Assembly: GCA_937885575.1 (NCBI GenBank)
Contig: CALABO010000014.1
Span: 20,726-84,725 of the forward strand
Direction: 5' to 3'
Source: an uncultured Pseudomonadota bacterium
GTDB lineage: Bacteria > Pseudomonadota > Alphaproteobacteria > Rs-D84
DNA: 64,000 nt
The notes below the pieces were generated by a model. It was not told the DNA's origin, did not search any database, and saw only the letters and a list, made by a program, of their open reading frames with translations. Below, piece after piece: positions 43,006 to 53,100 of the stretch. Positions within the stretch are counted from its first letter, which is position 1. Every line of letters starts with the position of its first letter. Both the position numbers and the translations under genes were made by a program.

Positions 43006-44733
43006 ATGAAAAAGATTTTTTTGTTCATCTTTTCGGTGCTGTGCGCGACGGTCGCGTTTGCGAAAACTGAAATTGATGTGTTATCAGATGCGGATGAAAG
43101 TTTATATTCGCAAATTTTTACTTTGCAAGATTCTGAAAAATTTTCCGCCGCGGAAAAGTTGCAACGCCAAGTTGCCGACCCCATTTTAAAGAACGAGGTT
43201 TTATATCAAAAATATTTTTCTAAAACATATAAAACCAAAGGGGCCGAAGCGAAGGCGTGGATGGATAAATATGCCGATATGCCGGGCGCGGTGCGTGTTG
43301 AAAAAATGGCGGGGCGCAAAAAAACAAAAGTAAAAAAGGCCATTGTGCCGGCGATGCTGTCGGGGAATCAGTCCATTGAAAATGCGCAATCGGAAACATG
43401 GACGGAAAAAAATTATTCCGGTGCAACCGACAAAAAAATCACAAAGTTCAGAAAGGCAATTCGCAGTGGTGCAACTAAGGCCGCGCGAAATATTTTGGAA
43501 GATAAAAATTTTCGGAAAAAATTGGCGGCGTCTGATTATGGGCGTCTTGCGGGGCGGTTGGCGTATGTCTACTATACTAATGGTGAATTTGAACTTGCAA
43601 AAAAATGGGGAACGATTGCGGCCGATGCGGATTCAGAGTTTGGTCTTTGGACGATGGGGTTGTTGCAATTCAAAGAAGAAAATTTTGAAAAAAGTGAAAA
43701 GTATTTTGCGGAAATTCTTGAATTGCCACAGATAAATAATGCAAGAAAGACCGAGGCCGCATTTTGGGCCGGGCGTGCCGCCGATTTGAATGATGATCGG
43801 GCGGATGCAAAAAAGTATTGGCGCATCGCCGCGGCGCATCCGATGGCTTTCTATGGGGCACTGGCCGCGACAATGTTGGGTGATGTGCCGGAATATGAAT
43901 TCTTTGAACAAGAATTTACCGATGACGATGTCGAAGAGTTGCGGCGTGATAAGTATGGAAAAATCGCACTTGCGTTGCTTCAGGTAAATCGCAAGGACAG
44001 GGCGGAAGAATATTTGAAATATATGATGTCGCCAAATGTTAGTGACCGCGCCTTGCATGCAATAAATTCGGTTGCGACGGCGTATGGGCTTTCGCGCGTG
44101 TCGATTTTGTCTTCGGGTATTATTCGCGACCGCGGAATTTTGGAAATTGATGAAGATGTAATTTATACCACGCAATACCCGTTGCCTGATTGGGAACCGA
44201 TGGGCGGTTGGTCAATCGATAGGGCGTTGTTGCTTGCCATTATTAAACAGGAAAGTGGTTTTCGGCCGGGGGTAAAATCTGGTGCGGGTGCCAAGGGTGT
44301 AATGCAATTGATGCCTGGGACGGCGAAATTGGTGGCTCGTGCGAATAGGGTTAAGATGTCCGATATTGATATGTCGAACCCGGAACACAATATGTTCCTT
44401 GGGCAACAGCATATTGTTGATTTGCTGATGCATCCAAATGTGAACAACAATATTATCAAAATGCTGGCCGCGTATAATGCGGGTATGGGTGCGGTGGTAA
44501 AGTTTGAAAAATCTTTTTCGACCGATGACCCGTTGTTATATATCGAAAGTTTTCCGGCGTATGAAACGCGCGGGTATATCAAGCGCGTGATGGCAAATTT
44601 GTGGCTTTATCGGGCGCGTTTGAATCAGCCACTTACGACACTAAAAGTTTTGGCGGATGCCCAGTGGCCATTGTATAGCAGTGAAGACGAATATGTTCGC
44701 AGTGACATTGATGATATTCCGTATTCGATATAG
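43006..44733 (+). CDS. soluble lytic murein transglycosylase (SLT domain)
   Basis: Signal peptide MKKIFLFIFSVLCATVAFA. Catalytic region LLLAIIKQESGFRPGVKSGAGAKGVMQLMPGTA. Confidence 0.85.
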   Translation: MKKIFLFIFSVLCATVAFAKTEIDVLSDADESLYSQIFTLQDSEKFSAAEKLQRQVADPILKNEVLYQKYFSKTYKTKGAEAKAWMDKYADMPGAVRVEKMAGRKKTKVKKAIVPAMLSGNQSIENAQSETWTEKNYSGATDKKITKFRKAIRSGATKAARNILEDKNFRKKLAASDYGRLAGRLAYVYYTNGEFELAKKWGTIAADADSEFGLWTMGLLQFKEENFEKSEKYFAEILELPQINNARKTEAAFWAGRAADLNDDRADAKKYWRIAAAHPMAFYGALAATMLGDVPEYEFFEQEFTDDDVEELRRDKYGKIALALLQVNRKDRAEEYLKYMMSPNVSDRALHAINSVATAYGLSRVSILSSGIIRDRGILEIDEDVIYTTQYPLPDWEPMGGWSIDRALLLAIIKQESGFRPGVKSGAGAKGVMQLMPGTAKLVARANRVKMSDIDMSNPEHNMFLGQQHIVDLLMHPNVNNNIIKMLAAYNAGMGAVVKFEKSFSTDDPLLYIESFPAYETRGYIKRVMANLWLYRARLNQPLTTLKVLADAQWPLYSSEDEYVRSDIDDIPYSI

Positions 44734-44742
44734 TGGTGTGAT

Positions 44743-45357
44743 ATGGTTGTGGTTGCGGATTTTTCCATTGAAAATGAAATAGGTGCAAACTTTATTGCCG
44801 GATGCGACGAGGCCGGACGCGGTCCACTTTGTGGTCCCGTGGTTGCGGCGGCGGTGATTTTTCCGAACCGCGAAATTGAAATTCCGGTGGTAATAAGGGA
44901 TTCAAAAAAAATGTCCGCGGCGCAAAGGGCGATCGCCTATGATTGGATAACAAAAAATACAATTTGGGCAACGGGCCAGTGCACATCGGCGGAAATTGAT
45001 GAGTTAAATATACTTTGGGCATCGATGTGTGCGATGGAACGCGCGGTGGCGGGGTTGGGGCAAACGCCGGATATGTGTTTAATTGACGGGAATCGCGTGC
45101 CGAAAAATTTGCGGGGCAGGGCGATTATAAAGGGCGATGCGAAATCGCTTTCCATTGCGGCGGCATCCATTATTGCCAAGGAAACGCGTGATAAAATTAT
45201 GCGGGAATTGGCGTTGGAATTTCCACAATATGGTTGGGACCGGAACGCTGGATACCCGACCGCACAGCATTTGACGGCAATCGAAAAATATGGTATAACA
45301 AAGTATCACAGAAGAACATTTGGACCAATAAAGGAAAGGATAAAAGATGAAACTTAG
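44743..45357 (+). CDS. rnhB: ribonuclease HII
   Basis: AGCDEAGRGPLCGPVVAAAV and ..DSKKMS..R.. Confidence 0.9.
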   Translation: MVVVADFSIENEIGANFIAGCDEAGRGPLCGPVVAAAVIFPNREIEIPVVIRDSKKMSAAQRAIAYDWITKNTIWATGQCTSAEIDELNILWASMCAMERAVAGLGQTPDMCLIDGNRVPKNLRGRAIIKGDAKSLSIAAASIIAKETRDKIMRELALEFPQYGWDRNAGYPTAQHLTAIEKYGITKYHRRTFGPIKERIKDET

Positions 45358-46516
45358 AACAATTGAAGGATTGGATTTGCGCGGGAAATATGTGTTGCTG
45401 CGCGATGATTTTAATGTGCAAATTGTTGATGGCAAAATTACCGAAGGGTTCCGTATAGAGCGCAGCCAAGCCACGATAGATGCGTTGCGTAACGCGGGCG
45501 CGCGCGTGGCGATTTGTTCCCACCTTGGGCGGCCAAAGGGCGCGCCGGACGCAAAGTATTCGTTGCGTGGGGTTGCGGATTATATGAAATTGCCGTTTGT
45601 CGATGATTGCCTGAATCGTGATTTTATGGCGGAAATGCATGACGGCGATGTGGTGCTGCTTGAAAATGTGCGATTCTATGCGGGCGAAGAAGAAAATGAC
45701 CCGGCGTTCGCCGAAAAATTGGCGCACGGTTTTGACGTCTTTGTGAACGATGCGTTCGCGGTTTCGCATCGCGCGCATGCCAGTACCGTTGGCGTGACGA
45801 AATTTTTGCCGTCCTATGCGGGGTTGTTATTGCAAAGTGAAATTGAAAACCTGACGCGCGTGATGGAAAACCCGAAACATCCCGTTCTTTCCATTGTTGC
45901 AGGGTCCAAGGTTTCAACGAAAATCGGCGTGTTGCGCGCACTGGCGAAATTGTCGGACACGATAATTGTTGGTGGGGCGTTGGGGACGACGTTTAATTAT
46001 GCACTGGGCGGGGCGGTTGGAAATTCGCTGTATGAACCGGACCAGAAAGAAAACGCACTTGCCATTATGGAATACGCGCGCGAAAATAATTGTCGGTTTT
46101 TGGTGCCACTGGACAAGGGTGTTGGGCCGGTCTTTGAACCGAATGCGCCGCGCACCGATAAAGATATCGCGGACATTGCGCCGGACGATGTGATTATTGA
46201 CGGTGGCCCGAAAACCGCAGCGCGCGACGCGGCGGAAATCGGCCAGGCCGCAACGGTGATTTGGAACGGCACGGTCGGCATGGCGGAATGGCAACCGACG
46301 TGGTCGTTTGGTTCGTTTGCGATTGCGCGCGCGATTGCCGATAATACGCGCAGTGGGAAATTGGAAAGTATTGTTGGCGGTGGCGATACGGTCGCGGCCC
46401 TGGACGCGTGCGGCGTGATGGGTGACATAACGTATGTTTCGACCGGTGGCGGTGCGTTCCTGGAATTTATCGAAGGCCGCGAATTACCAGGCATAGAAGT
46501 GCTGCGGGAGTGTTAG
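45347..46516 (+). CDS. pgk: phosphoglycerate kinase
   Basis: 389 aa. ..RDDFNVQI.. and C-terminal VSTGGGAFLEFIEG. The stop TAG is embedded in a TAGTG array. Confidence 0.9.
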   Translation: MKLRTIEGLDLRGKYVLLRDDFNVQIVDGKITEGFRIERSQATIDALRNAGARVAICSHLGRPKGAPDAKYSLRGVADYMKLPFVDDCLNRDFMAEMHDGDVVLLENVRFYAGEEENDPAFAEKLAHGFDVFVNDAFAVSHRAHASTVGVTKFLPSYAGLLLQSEIENLTRVMENPKHPVLSIVAGSKVSTKIGVLRALAKLSDTIIVGGALGTTFNYALGGAVGNSLYEPDQKENALAIMEYARENNCRFLVPLDKGVGPVFEPNAPRTDKDIADIAPDDVIIDGGPKTAARDAAEIGQAATVIWNGTVGMAEWQPTWSFGSFAIARAIADNTRSGKLESIVGGGDTVAALDACGVMGDITYVSTGGGAFLEFIEGRELPGIEVLREC

Positions 46517-46680
46517 TGTAAGTTCCCCTCCTGTGGAGGGGTGCCACGGCACCGCCTTCGGTGACGGGCGGGGTGGTTAGGGAATACGGAATAATAACGA
46601 ATGCTCTAACCACCTCCCGGTGTTCCACACCGTACTCCTCCAACGGAGGAGAACTTTGCGCTCTGGAATTATTTGAAAAT
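46508..46680. repeat. TAGTG array followed by a REP/MITE-like composite
   Basis: gagtgttagtgtaag, then GTTCCCCTCCTGTGGAGGGGTGCC, GGGCGGGGTGG, and CCACCTCCCGGTGTTCCACACCGTACTCCTCCAACGGAGGAGAACTTTGCGCTCTGGAAT. Confidence 0.75.
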
Positions 46681-46687
46681 GGTGGGG

Positions 46688-47437
46688 TTAGTTAATGTAA
46701 TTTCCCCAACCCATGCGGTTATTATTTTGATTGCGTTGTGAACTTCTGAATAAATTGACTTGTTGATACAGATAGGCCGTGCAACTTGTCAATAATTGTT
46801 TTGTTCTTAATTTGCTATCTATAGTGTTTTGTGTCGCGCCACTCTCATTGGTGCATGTACAAGTAATTTGTTTCTTATTATCGCTTGGGTCTGTGCACAT
46901 TTTATAGTTGTCTATAATTCTCCAATCTTTGGCGAGTTGCTTGCGGGCGTTGGTAATGTCGGTATCTGCGGCCATTTGAATCTTTTGTAAATTGCCCATT
47001 AAACAATCAAAGACCTTGTCATATTCAACAAAAGAACAATCGTTTGCATTGGCCAAACCGTTGTTATTCGAATTTGAACCACCCGATGATGAATTGGATG
47101 ATGAAGATGTGTTGCCGGTAAGGACTTCGATTTTACTGGTTAAAACCGCCTTGTTCAGTTGGGTTTTGAAACGTTTGATAACCGCGTTCAATCTATCATA
47201 TTGTTGTTTTAACTGTTGCACCATAAATGTGGATTTAAGTGCGATAACATCTTCGATATCGGTTGCGCGACCAACGTCGGTTGGGTTTTGTCTGTCGCCG
47301 ACGTTGTATGCATGCACACTGCACAATGCCAATGCCGGTGAAAAAAATGTGCATTCTTCGGTCGCATGCACGGTGGCCGGCAACACACAAAGAATTGCAA
47401 AAAATATAGTATTAAAAATTTTCATTTTATATTCCAT
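46688..47437 (-). CDS. secreted Cys-containing protein (249 aa), last gene of the stator/Cys-rich gene string
   Basis: Signal peptide (MEYK)MKIFNTIFFAILCVLPATVHA, Ser/Asn-rich tract, paired Cys. The start overlaps the upstream gene's stop. The alternative ATG at 47425 lies 1 nt after that stop. Confidence 0.75.
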   Translation of the reverse strand: MEYKMKIFNTIFFAILCVLPATVHATEECTFFSPALALCSVHAYNVGDRQNPTDVGRATDIEDVIALKSTFMVQQLKQQYDRLNAVIKRFKTQLNKAVLTSKIEVLTGNTSSSSNSSSGGSNSNNNGLANANDCSFVEYDKVFDCLMGNLQKIQMAADTDITNARKQLAKDWRIIDNYKMCTDPSDNKKQITCTCTNESGATQNTIDSKLRTKQLLTSCTAYLYQQVNLFRSSQRNQNNNRMGWGNYIN

Positions 47438-49352
47438 TTGACCACTTCAGTATTTGTTGATCGAGCTGAAATTTTGTTGCCTCTATGTCAACTTCACAAC
47501 GGGGTTTGGGAGTTGCGTTGAAATTCCATTTGCAACCATTGTTGCATAAAGAAGGGGTTGTAATTCCGATACAATTGACAGTAGCAGCTGCGGAGTTTCT
47601 GAGTTCTTCTGCTTCCTTTTCACCAACACCTTGACCGACTTTCTTAGAAATATAGGTGTTCGCCCAAGTTTGTCCTGTTGATATGTTTTTATATTTATCA
47701 TCTACTTTTAATTCAATTTCACTATTCGATGAACCGCCGTTATCTAATTTTCTGAAATCTTTTTCGTCGGCAAAGCACCAATTTTTTGTTGGCCACTTTT
47801 TTGTATCAACGGCTGTTTTTAATTGTGTCATTCTATCTTTGTCATTGTGTGGATCAACATTGCAACGTCTTGCACAGCAATCTTCCAATACATCAAAAGA
47901 ACCGTCTTTGTTAACACCGCATGTGCATGAATCTTGGTTTATAAGGTCACGCAATGTTTCAATGTCCACCTTTGTATTTTTGCGTTTTAGGATACTACCA
48001 AATATGGATATGTCGGCAATAATATCCGTAGCACAAGCGACCTGGGTTGCACCACCTATGCCAGAATTTGGATCAATCCATTCATGCCAAACGCTTTCTT
48101 TATTCCCTATTTGATCAACCATCCGACAGTGTTGTTGTCTACTGGTAACCCGGCCATCGCCTGTGGAACTTGTTTTTACGCGATAATAGCAATTTGTGTA
48201 TTCATTTGTTTTATCATTATAGTTATTACAGAAACAAATTTCACCGGTAGATGGATCTTCTGCTTGTCCATCTTTTTTTGCTTTTGGTAAAGAGCAAGGG
48301 TCGCAAAGGAATTTCCCCCACATATTGCACGAATCACTTAGTAGCATTACAACATCACTAACATCGATGCCGACCGTAATTGCGGTGACAAGTGCGTCAT
48401 ACATACTTTCAAGAACACCTTCATACGGGTCAAAGAATTCGTTTGCCATGTCTTTGAATTTTTTTACGCGCTTTGGGCCGGTGCATTTTGTCACCGACGG
48501 GTCGCAACCGGCGTATTCGATAATCGCGTCCAGCGTTTGTTTCAATTCCTTCATTTTAAGTGTTGCGTCTTCGATTGCGGTTTCGATTTGGCCGCCAATT
48601 TGTTCGCGTACAAGTATATCGGTGCTGATTCCGTTTTTCGCCGCCAATTGTTCCGCGACACCAAGTCCCTCAAGCCCCGCAATCACCGCGCCGGTTTCAA
48701 TCGGTGCCGTCGGCGCACCCGCGTATGTTGGTGATTCCGCCGCGCGCGATTCAAGGGCGTTTTGGATTTGCGCGTTTTGCGATTCCGCCGTGGCCGCCAT
48801 TTGTTCCTGCATCGCGGTCATGGATTCCGCCATTTGTTGTTGCATTTGCGCCATCTGTTGCTGCATCGCCACCATTTGCGCGTTGTTTTGTTCGGCGGCC
48901 GCCGCCGATGCCGCGGCACTGGCCTCGGCCTGGGCGCGCGCGATTTCAACCGCGTTTTGTTGTTCTTGCACCTTGGCGGTCGATTGCGCCACAACCTGGG
49001 CCGTGATGTATTGAATCAGGTCGTCACCATATTGCTTGCAATTTTGGTTCGAATTGACACAGCCCGCAACAATCGCGGCGGCAACGTTCATGTCCGTGCA
49101 TCCGCCCGATGCGCACTTTGGCGATGCGCAACGCAACACAATCGCATTACAGTTTCCGAAATTCGCTTCGGCCGCGTTTTGCGACATGCCGGCACGACCG
49201 TTCATTAAACTGTTCCACTGATTATTATTCATGGCGCCGGTGCCGTTATACGCCGTCAGGTTAGATCCCGCCGTCGTCGCAACATTTGCCCCCGCCGGTA
49301 AAATAACCGACGCAAAAACCGCACCACATAAAAGGTTTGAATAGAATTTCAT
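47427..49352 (-). CDS. secreted cysteine-rich protein with a central Gln/Ala/Met-rich coiled coil (641 aa)
   Basis: Signal peptide MKFYSNLLCGAVFASVILPAGA. NCNAIVLRCASPKCASGGC. AQMVAMQQQMAQMQQQMAESMTAMQEQMAA. Cys-rich C-terminal half. Confidence 0.85.
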   Translation of the reverse strand: MKFYSNLLCGAVFASVILPAGANVATTAGSNLTAYNGTGAMNNNQWNSLMNGRAGMSQNAAEANFGNCNAIVLRCASPKCASGGCTDMNVAAAIVAGCVNSNQNCKQYGDDLIQYITAQVVAQSTAKVQEQQNAVEIARAQAEASAAASAAAAEQNNAQMVAMQQQMAQMQQQMAESMTAMQEQMAATAESQNAQIQNALESRAAESPTYAGAPTAPIETGAVIAGLEGLGVAEQLAAKNGISTDILVREQIGGQIETAIEDATLKMKELKQTLDAIIEYAGCDPSVTKCTGPKRVKKFKDMANEFFDPYEGVLESMYDALVTAITVGIDVSDVVMLLSDSCNMWGKFLCDPCSLPKAKKDGQAEDPSTGEICFCNNYNDKTNEYTNCYYRVKTSSTGDGRVTSRQQHCRMVDQIGNKESVWHEWIDPNSGIGGATQVACATDIIADISIFGSILKRKNTKVDIETLRDLINQDSCTCGVNKDGSFDVLEDCCARRCNVDPHNDKDRMTQLKTAVDTKKWPTKNWCFADEKDFRKLDNGGSSNSEIELKVDDKYKNISTGQTWANTYISKKVGQGVGEKEAEELRNSAAATVNCIGITTPSLCNNGCKWNFNATPKPRCEVDIEATKFQLDQQILKWSNGI

Positions 49353-49442
49353 CTCTCTCTGCGATAGTGTATTTTATCATATTTTGGGGGACAAGGAAAG
49401 GGAAAAGTGATCCGTTCCGTCATCGCGTTGCGATGTCGGAAT

Positions 49443-49591
49443 GAGTGTAAGTGGTTAGTGTAAGTGGTTAGTGTTAGTGCACCACACCCCGCCGAGTGCT
49501 ACCCGGCACCCCTCTCTAGAGGGGAACTTTGCTCGCTGGAATAACCGTGTAATTATGAACTAATTCCAGAGACGACCAGCCACTAACACTA
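49443..49591. repeat. inverted TAGTG arrays flanking a REP/MITE-like core
   Basis: The + array is 49443-49479. The core has ACCACACCCCGCC, GGCACCCCTCTCTAGAGGGGAAC and AATTCCAGAGACGACC. The - array at 49577-49591 abuts the TAG stop of the MotB-like gene. Confidence 0.75.
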
Positions 49592-50764
49592 CTTGTTTGT
49601 GAGTTTCAATTCAATGCGGCGGTTTTTCTGCATGTTTGCTTTATCGGTGTTCGGGGCGAACGGATACATGTCGCCAAATCCGGACGGTACAAGGCGTTTG
49701 CGCGCCACACCATCGCGGACCAGTTCATTCACCACCGCCGTCGCGCGCAGTAATGAAAGTTCCATGTTGTTCGAATATGCGCGATTGCCGGGGACGACGG
49801 GTTTGTTATCTGTGTGGCCGTCAACGCGAATTATCCATTCGATTTCAGACGGGATTTTTGTTTCCATTTCTTTGATGACATTGGATATGATTTTAAGTTG
49901 CTTTTTGCCCGCGTCCGACAATCTGTATGAACCGGTTTTGAATAAAATATCACTTTGCACAATAAACCGGTCGCCGTCCTCCGTGACGGATTCTGTGTTG
50001 CCAAGTGCAATTTTTACCGCGCGATAAAATTCAGATTGATATTCCCGCATGTCTTGCAATTCCGCAACCTTGTCCGCAAGGGCCTTGTTCAGGTTATTCG
50101 ACATTTCGATATATTTCGCCTGTTGCGCAAGCAGTTCGCCGTCCGCCGCGCCCAGTGCCGCGTTTAGCCGTTCAAGTTCCGCCGTGTATTTTGCCATTTC
50201 GGATTCAAGGGCGTTCAATTTCGCTGCCTGGGAATTCATTTCGGATTCCTGGAGTCCGATTAATTCTTGCTGAACATTTACCTGTTTTTGCATTTTGTCC
50301 TGTAATTCGCGACGTTGTTTTTCCAATTCGGCAAGTTGGTCTTTGATGGCGTTCGCCTGGGCCAATTGTTCGCGAAGCGCGGCAACCTCACGCCGGGCGG
50401 CATCGTCACTGGCCTTTACCTTGGATACTTCGTTTTCGTATGCGTTGATGACATCGATCATCGATAAATTCTGGCTGTCGATTTCATCCTGGTTCGATAG
50501 CAATTCGGCGCGTGCCTGGATAAGCAGGCGCATCGCTTCTTCGTTGTCGGCGTTCATTTGGTTGATTTGTGCAACCTGGGACGCGTTGATTTTTTTCAAA
50601 TCCGCAATCGTTTGAACGCCCGCCTTTTTGTTAAAGACACTGGTCGTGGTCCAAAGGAACACAAACACAATCAGCAAGAAAATCAATATGATGACCAGGT
50701 TTGAAAATAAATCGACGAATGCCGGCCATGTGTTTGGTTTGTTGCGAAAATTTAATCTGAACAT
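49589..50764 (-). CDS. MotB/OmpA-family protein with a roughly 200-aa coiled coil between the TM anchor and the peptidoglycan-binding domain
   Basis: N-terminus WPAFVDLFSNLVIILIFLLIVFVFL. Heptad-rich middle. C-terminus VDGHTDNKPV..YSNNMELSLLRATAVVNELV..NRRIELKL. Confidence 0.8.
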   Translation of the reverse strand: MFRLNFRNKPNTWPAFVDLFSNLVIILIFLLIVFVFLWTTTSVFNKKAGVQTIADLKKINASQVAQINQMNADNEEAMRLLIQARAELLSNQDEIDSQNLSMIDVINAYENEVSKVKASDDAARREVAALREQLAQANAIKDQLAELEKQRRELQDKMQKQVNVQQELIGLQESEMNSQAAKLNALESEMAKYTAELERLNAALGAADGELLAQQAKYIEMSNNLNKALADKVAELQDMREYQSEFYRAVKIALGNTESVTEDGDRFIVQSDILFKTGSYRLSDAGKKQLKIISNVIKEMETKIPSEIEWIIRVDGHTDNKPVVPGNRAYSNNMELSLLRATAVVNELVRDGVARKRLVPSGFGDMYPFAPNTDKANMQKNRRIELKLTNK

Positions 50765-50790
50765 TTTTGTTTCTCCCTCGCGCGTGCGCT

Positions 50791-51576
50791 CTATGCAGCT
50801 ATTGGTTCGGTTGGTTCGAATTTTTGGTTTATGTTTTCAACGTTGTTGTTGATATGCCCAAGCAACGATTCGATTTGGGGCAGGGCGGATTCCGTTAAAT
50901 TCGTGCGGAATATACTCGTCCGTGCCGATAGGAATTCTTCGAGTGAATGTATAATTGCGTTTTGTGCAAGTTGTAATTGCAAACAAAGGAATCCGACAAT
51001 CAAACTGCCCCCCAGGCCGAGCAGCGAACTGGTGAATGCGGTTGCCATGCCCCCCAGTGGTTGCGAAAGGCCGGCCTGCATCGTTTCCAGTACCGCATCG
51101 TCGTTAAAGTTTAGGTTGCTAATTAAATCCGCAAAACCGCCGACCGTAAGAATCAGGCCCCAAAATGTACCAAGCAACCCTAAAAATACCAATGTGTTCA
51201 CGGTGTATTGCACCGATTCGCGGTCGTTGTCCATTTTAATCTGAATCGTGTCCATGACACCGCGCAATCCGTCCGCCATAAGTTGATTCTTGCGGTGGTG
51301 CAGCAACAGCGCAACAGACCGCAACAGCCGCGGGGGCAGTTTCGGATTGCGCACACCGCGCATATATTCGTGCAACCATTTATGTTCGGGGACAAGGGCA
51401 AAAACCTTGATAAAACAAATGATTATGCCGAAAAGCGTTGTGCCGATAATTATGCCATTAAGGTATATGTTCGCAATCGCAATCGTGAAAAACAGCCGAT
51501 AAAAGATGATGCACAGGCACAATACAAACGCTGTGAAAATTGCCATGCGGTTAAGATTCTTATGAAAACTGTTCAT
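50791..51576 (-). CDS. MotA/TolQ/ExbB-family proton-channel protein
   Basis: Three to four TM helices. LVFLGLLGTFWGLILTVGG ... GMATAFTSSLLGLGGSLIVG. 26-bp gap to the MotB-like gene. Confidence 0.8.
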   Translation of the reverse strand: MNSFHKNLNRMAIFTAFVLCLCIIFYRLFFTIAIANIYLNGIIIGTTLFGIIICFIKVFALVPEHKWLHEYMRGVRNPKLPPRLLRSVALLLHHRKNQLMADGLRGVMDTIQIKMDNDRESVQYTVNTLVFLGLLGTFWGLILTVGGFADLISNLNFNDDAVLETMQAGLSQPLGGMATAFTSSLLGLGGSLIVGFLCLQLQLAQNAIIHSLEEFLSARTSIFRTNLTESALPQIESLLGHINNNVENINQKFEPTEPIAA

Positions 51577-51753
51577 ATTTTTCCCCCGTTACAAGGGTAT
51601 GTTAGAAAATTTTTTAATGGTGTGTCAATAGAGATTATTCCTGTTTTTGTTCGTTTACGTTTTTACTTGCTTTTTTGTAAAAAATTGTAATAATTGCGCT
51701 TGTTCCTGCTGTGGCCATGGGGGCGACGGCTGATATAAACCAAAGGAAATAAA

Positions 51754-52092
51754 ATGGCTTACTATGAAAGTGTTCTGGTTTTTCGCCAGGATTTGACCGA
51801 ACCGCAGGTCAAAGAAAAAGCGGACAAATTTGCGGGTATTATTAAAGAACTGGGCGGCGAAGTGAAATCCACAGAATTTTGGGGATTGAAGAATTTGGCC
51901 TATGTTATTCGTAAAAATCGCAAGGCGCACTATGTTATGATGAACGTGGAAATGCCGGGTAAATCGATTGCCGAACTTGAACGGCGCAGTCGTATCGACG
52001 AAGATGTTATCCGTTTTCTGAACGTGCGGGTTGAAAAATTGGCGGACGGTCCGTCCATCATGATGAAAAAGAATACCGAGGAGGCAGAATAA
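51754..52092 (+). CDS. rpsF: 30S ribosomal protein S6
   Basis: [19 protein letters not shown]... Confidence 0.9.
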   Translation: MAYYESVLVFRQDLTEPQVKEKADKFAGIIKELGGEVKSTEFWGLKNLAYVIRKNRKAHYVMMNVEMPGKSIAELERRSRIDEDVIRFLNVRVEKLADGPSIMMKKNTEEAE

Positions 52093-52319
52093 TGGCAGTT
52101 CGTGCAGCAATTTATCGTAAAAAGGCCAACCCATTAAAGGGCAAGGTTATTGACTATAAAGATGTTAAAATGTTGGGACACTATATCACCGAACGTGGTA
52201 AAATCGTGCCAAGTCGCATTAGTGGCGTTTCCCAAAAAGACCAACGTTTATTGGCAAGGGCGATTAAACGTGCGCGTCATTTGGGTTTGCTGCCATTTGT
52301 GCGTAATAACATCGGGTAA
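52092..52319 (+). CDS. rpsR: 30S ribosomal protein S18
   Basis: ..[50 protein letters not shown]. Confidence 0.9.
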   Translation: MAVRAAIYRKKANPLKGKVIDYKDVKMLGHYITERGKIVPSRISGVSQKDQRLLARAIKRARHLGLLPFVRNNIG

Positions 52320-52364
52320 AAATATTTGGGTATAACCCTAACTTTCAACAAAAGGACAGATAAA

Positions 52365-52976
52365 ATGAAAATTATTTTAACGGAAAAAATTACGGGTCTT
52401 GGGACAATCGGCGACACGGTAGAGGTTAAAACTGGTTACGCGCGGAACTATTTGTTGCCAAATAACAAGGCGTTGCGTTGGTCGCGTGAAAATGTCGCGT
52501 TGTTCGAAGCGCAAAAGGCGGAACTTCAGGCGCGTCATGAAAATGCACGCAAGGCGGCGGAATCCAAGGTTGATGCGGTCAAAAATGCCAAGATGTACAT
52601 GATACGCCAGGCGGGCGATACCGGTCAGTTGTATGGTTCGGTGTCAAGTCGCGATATCGCGCGGACACTTAAAGAAGTTGCGAATGTTGAAATTTCTTCG
52701 GCCCAGGTTATGTTGGGTGCGCCGATTAAATCGATTGGTGCGTTTGACACGAAAATCGCACTGCATCCGGATGTGATTGTTCCGATTAAGGTCTATGTCG
52801 CGCGTACAAACGATGAAATCGAAGCGTTGGTCGCCGGCAAGGTTTTGACATTTGGAACCAAAAAGGTTGAAGAAGAAACTGAAACCGAGGCGAAGGCCGA
52901 AGCAGTGGCGGAAAAATCTGAACCGGTTGCGGAATCCGAAAAAACGGAAGAAGCCCCGGTCGCAGAAGAAAAATAA
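52365..52976 (+). CDS. rplI: 50S ribosomal protein L9 with an acidic C-terminal tail
   Basis: MKIILTEKITGLGTIGDTVEVKTGYARNYLLPNNKA, with tail KKVEEETETEAKAEAVAEKSEPVAESEKTEEAPVAEEK. ATG at 52365 is preferred. Confidence 0.9.
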   Translation: MKIILTEKITGLGTIGDTVEVKTGYARNYLLPNNKALRWSRENVALFEAQKAELQARHENARKAAESKVDAVKNAKMYMIRQAGDTGQLYGSVSSRDIARTLKEVANVEISSAQVMLGAPIKSIGAFDTKIALHPDVIVPIKVYVARTNDEIEALVAGKVLTFGTKKVEEETETEAKAEAVAEKSEPVAESEKTEEAPVAEEK

Positions 52977-53100
52977 TTCCGGTTTTGGTTATATGAACAC
53001 CCCGCGGAGAATTACCCACAAAAAATGTTTTACATTTTTTGCGGGGCCCAGCGTCGCGGGGTGTTTTTTGTTTGGTATTTAAGGATGGGGGTAGGGGTTG

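Noticed and set aside
49589-51576. Zorya (ZorAB) anti-phage system
   Set aside because: The MotA-like protein is only 261 aa and has no long C-terminal tail. There are no ZorC/ZorD/ZorE-like genes. Here the coiled coil is on the MotB-like subunit instead.
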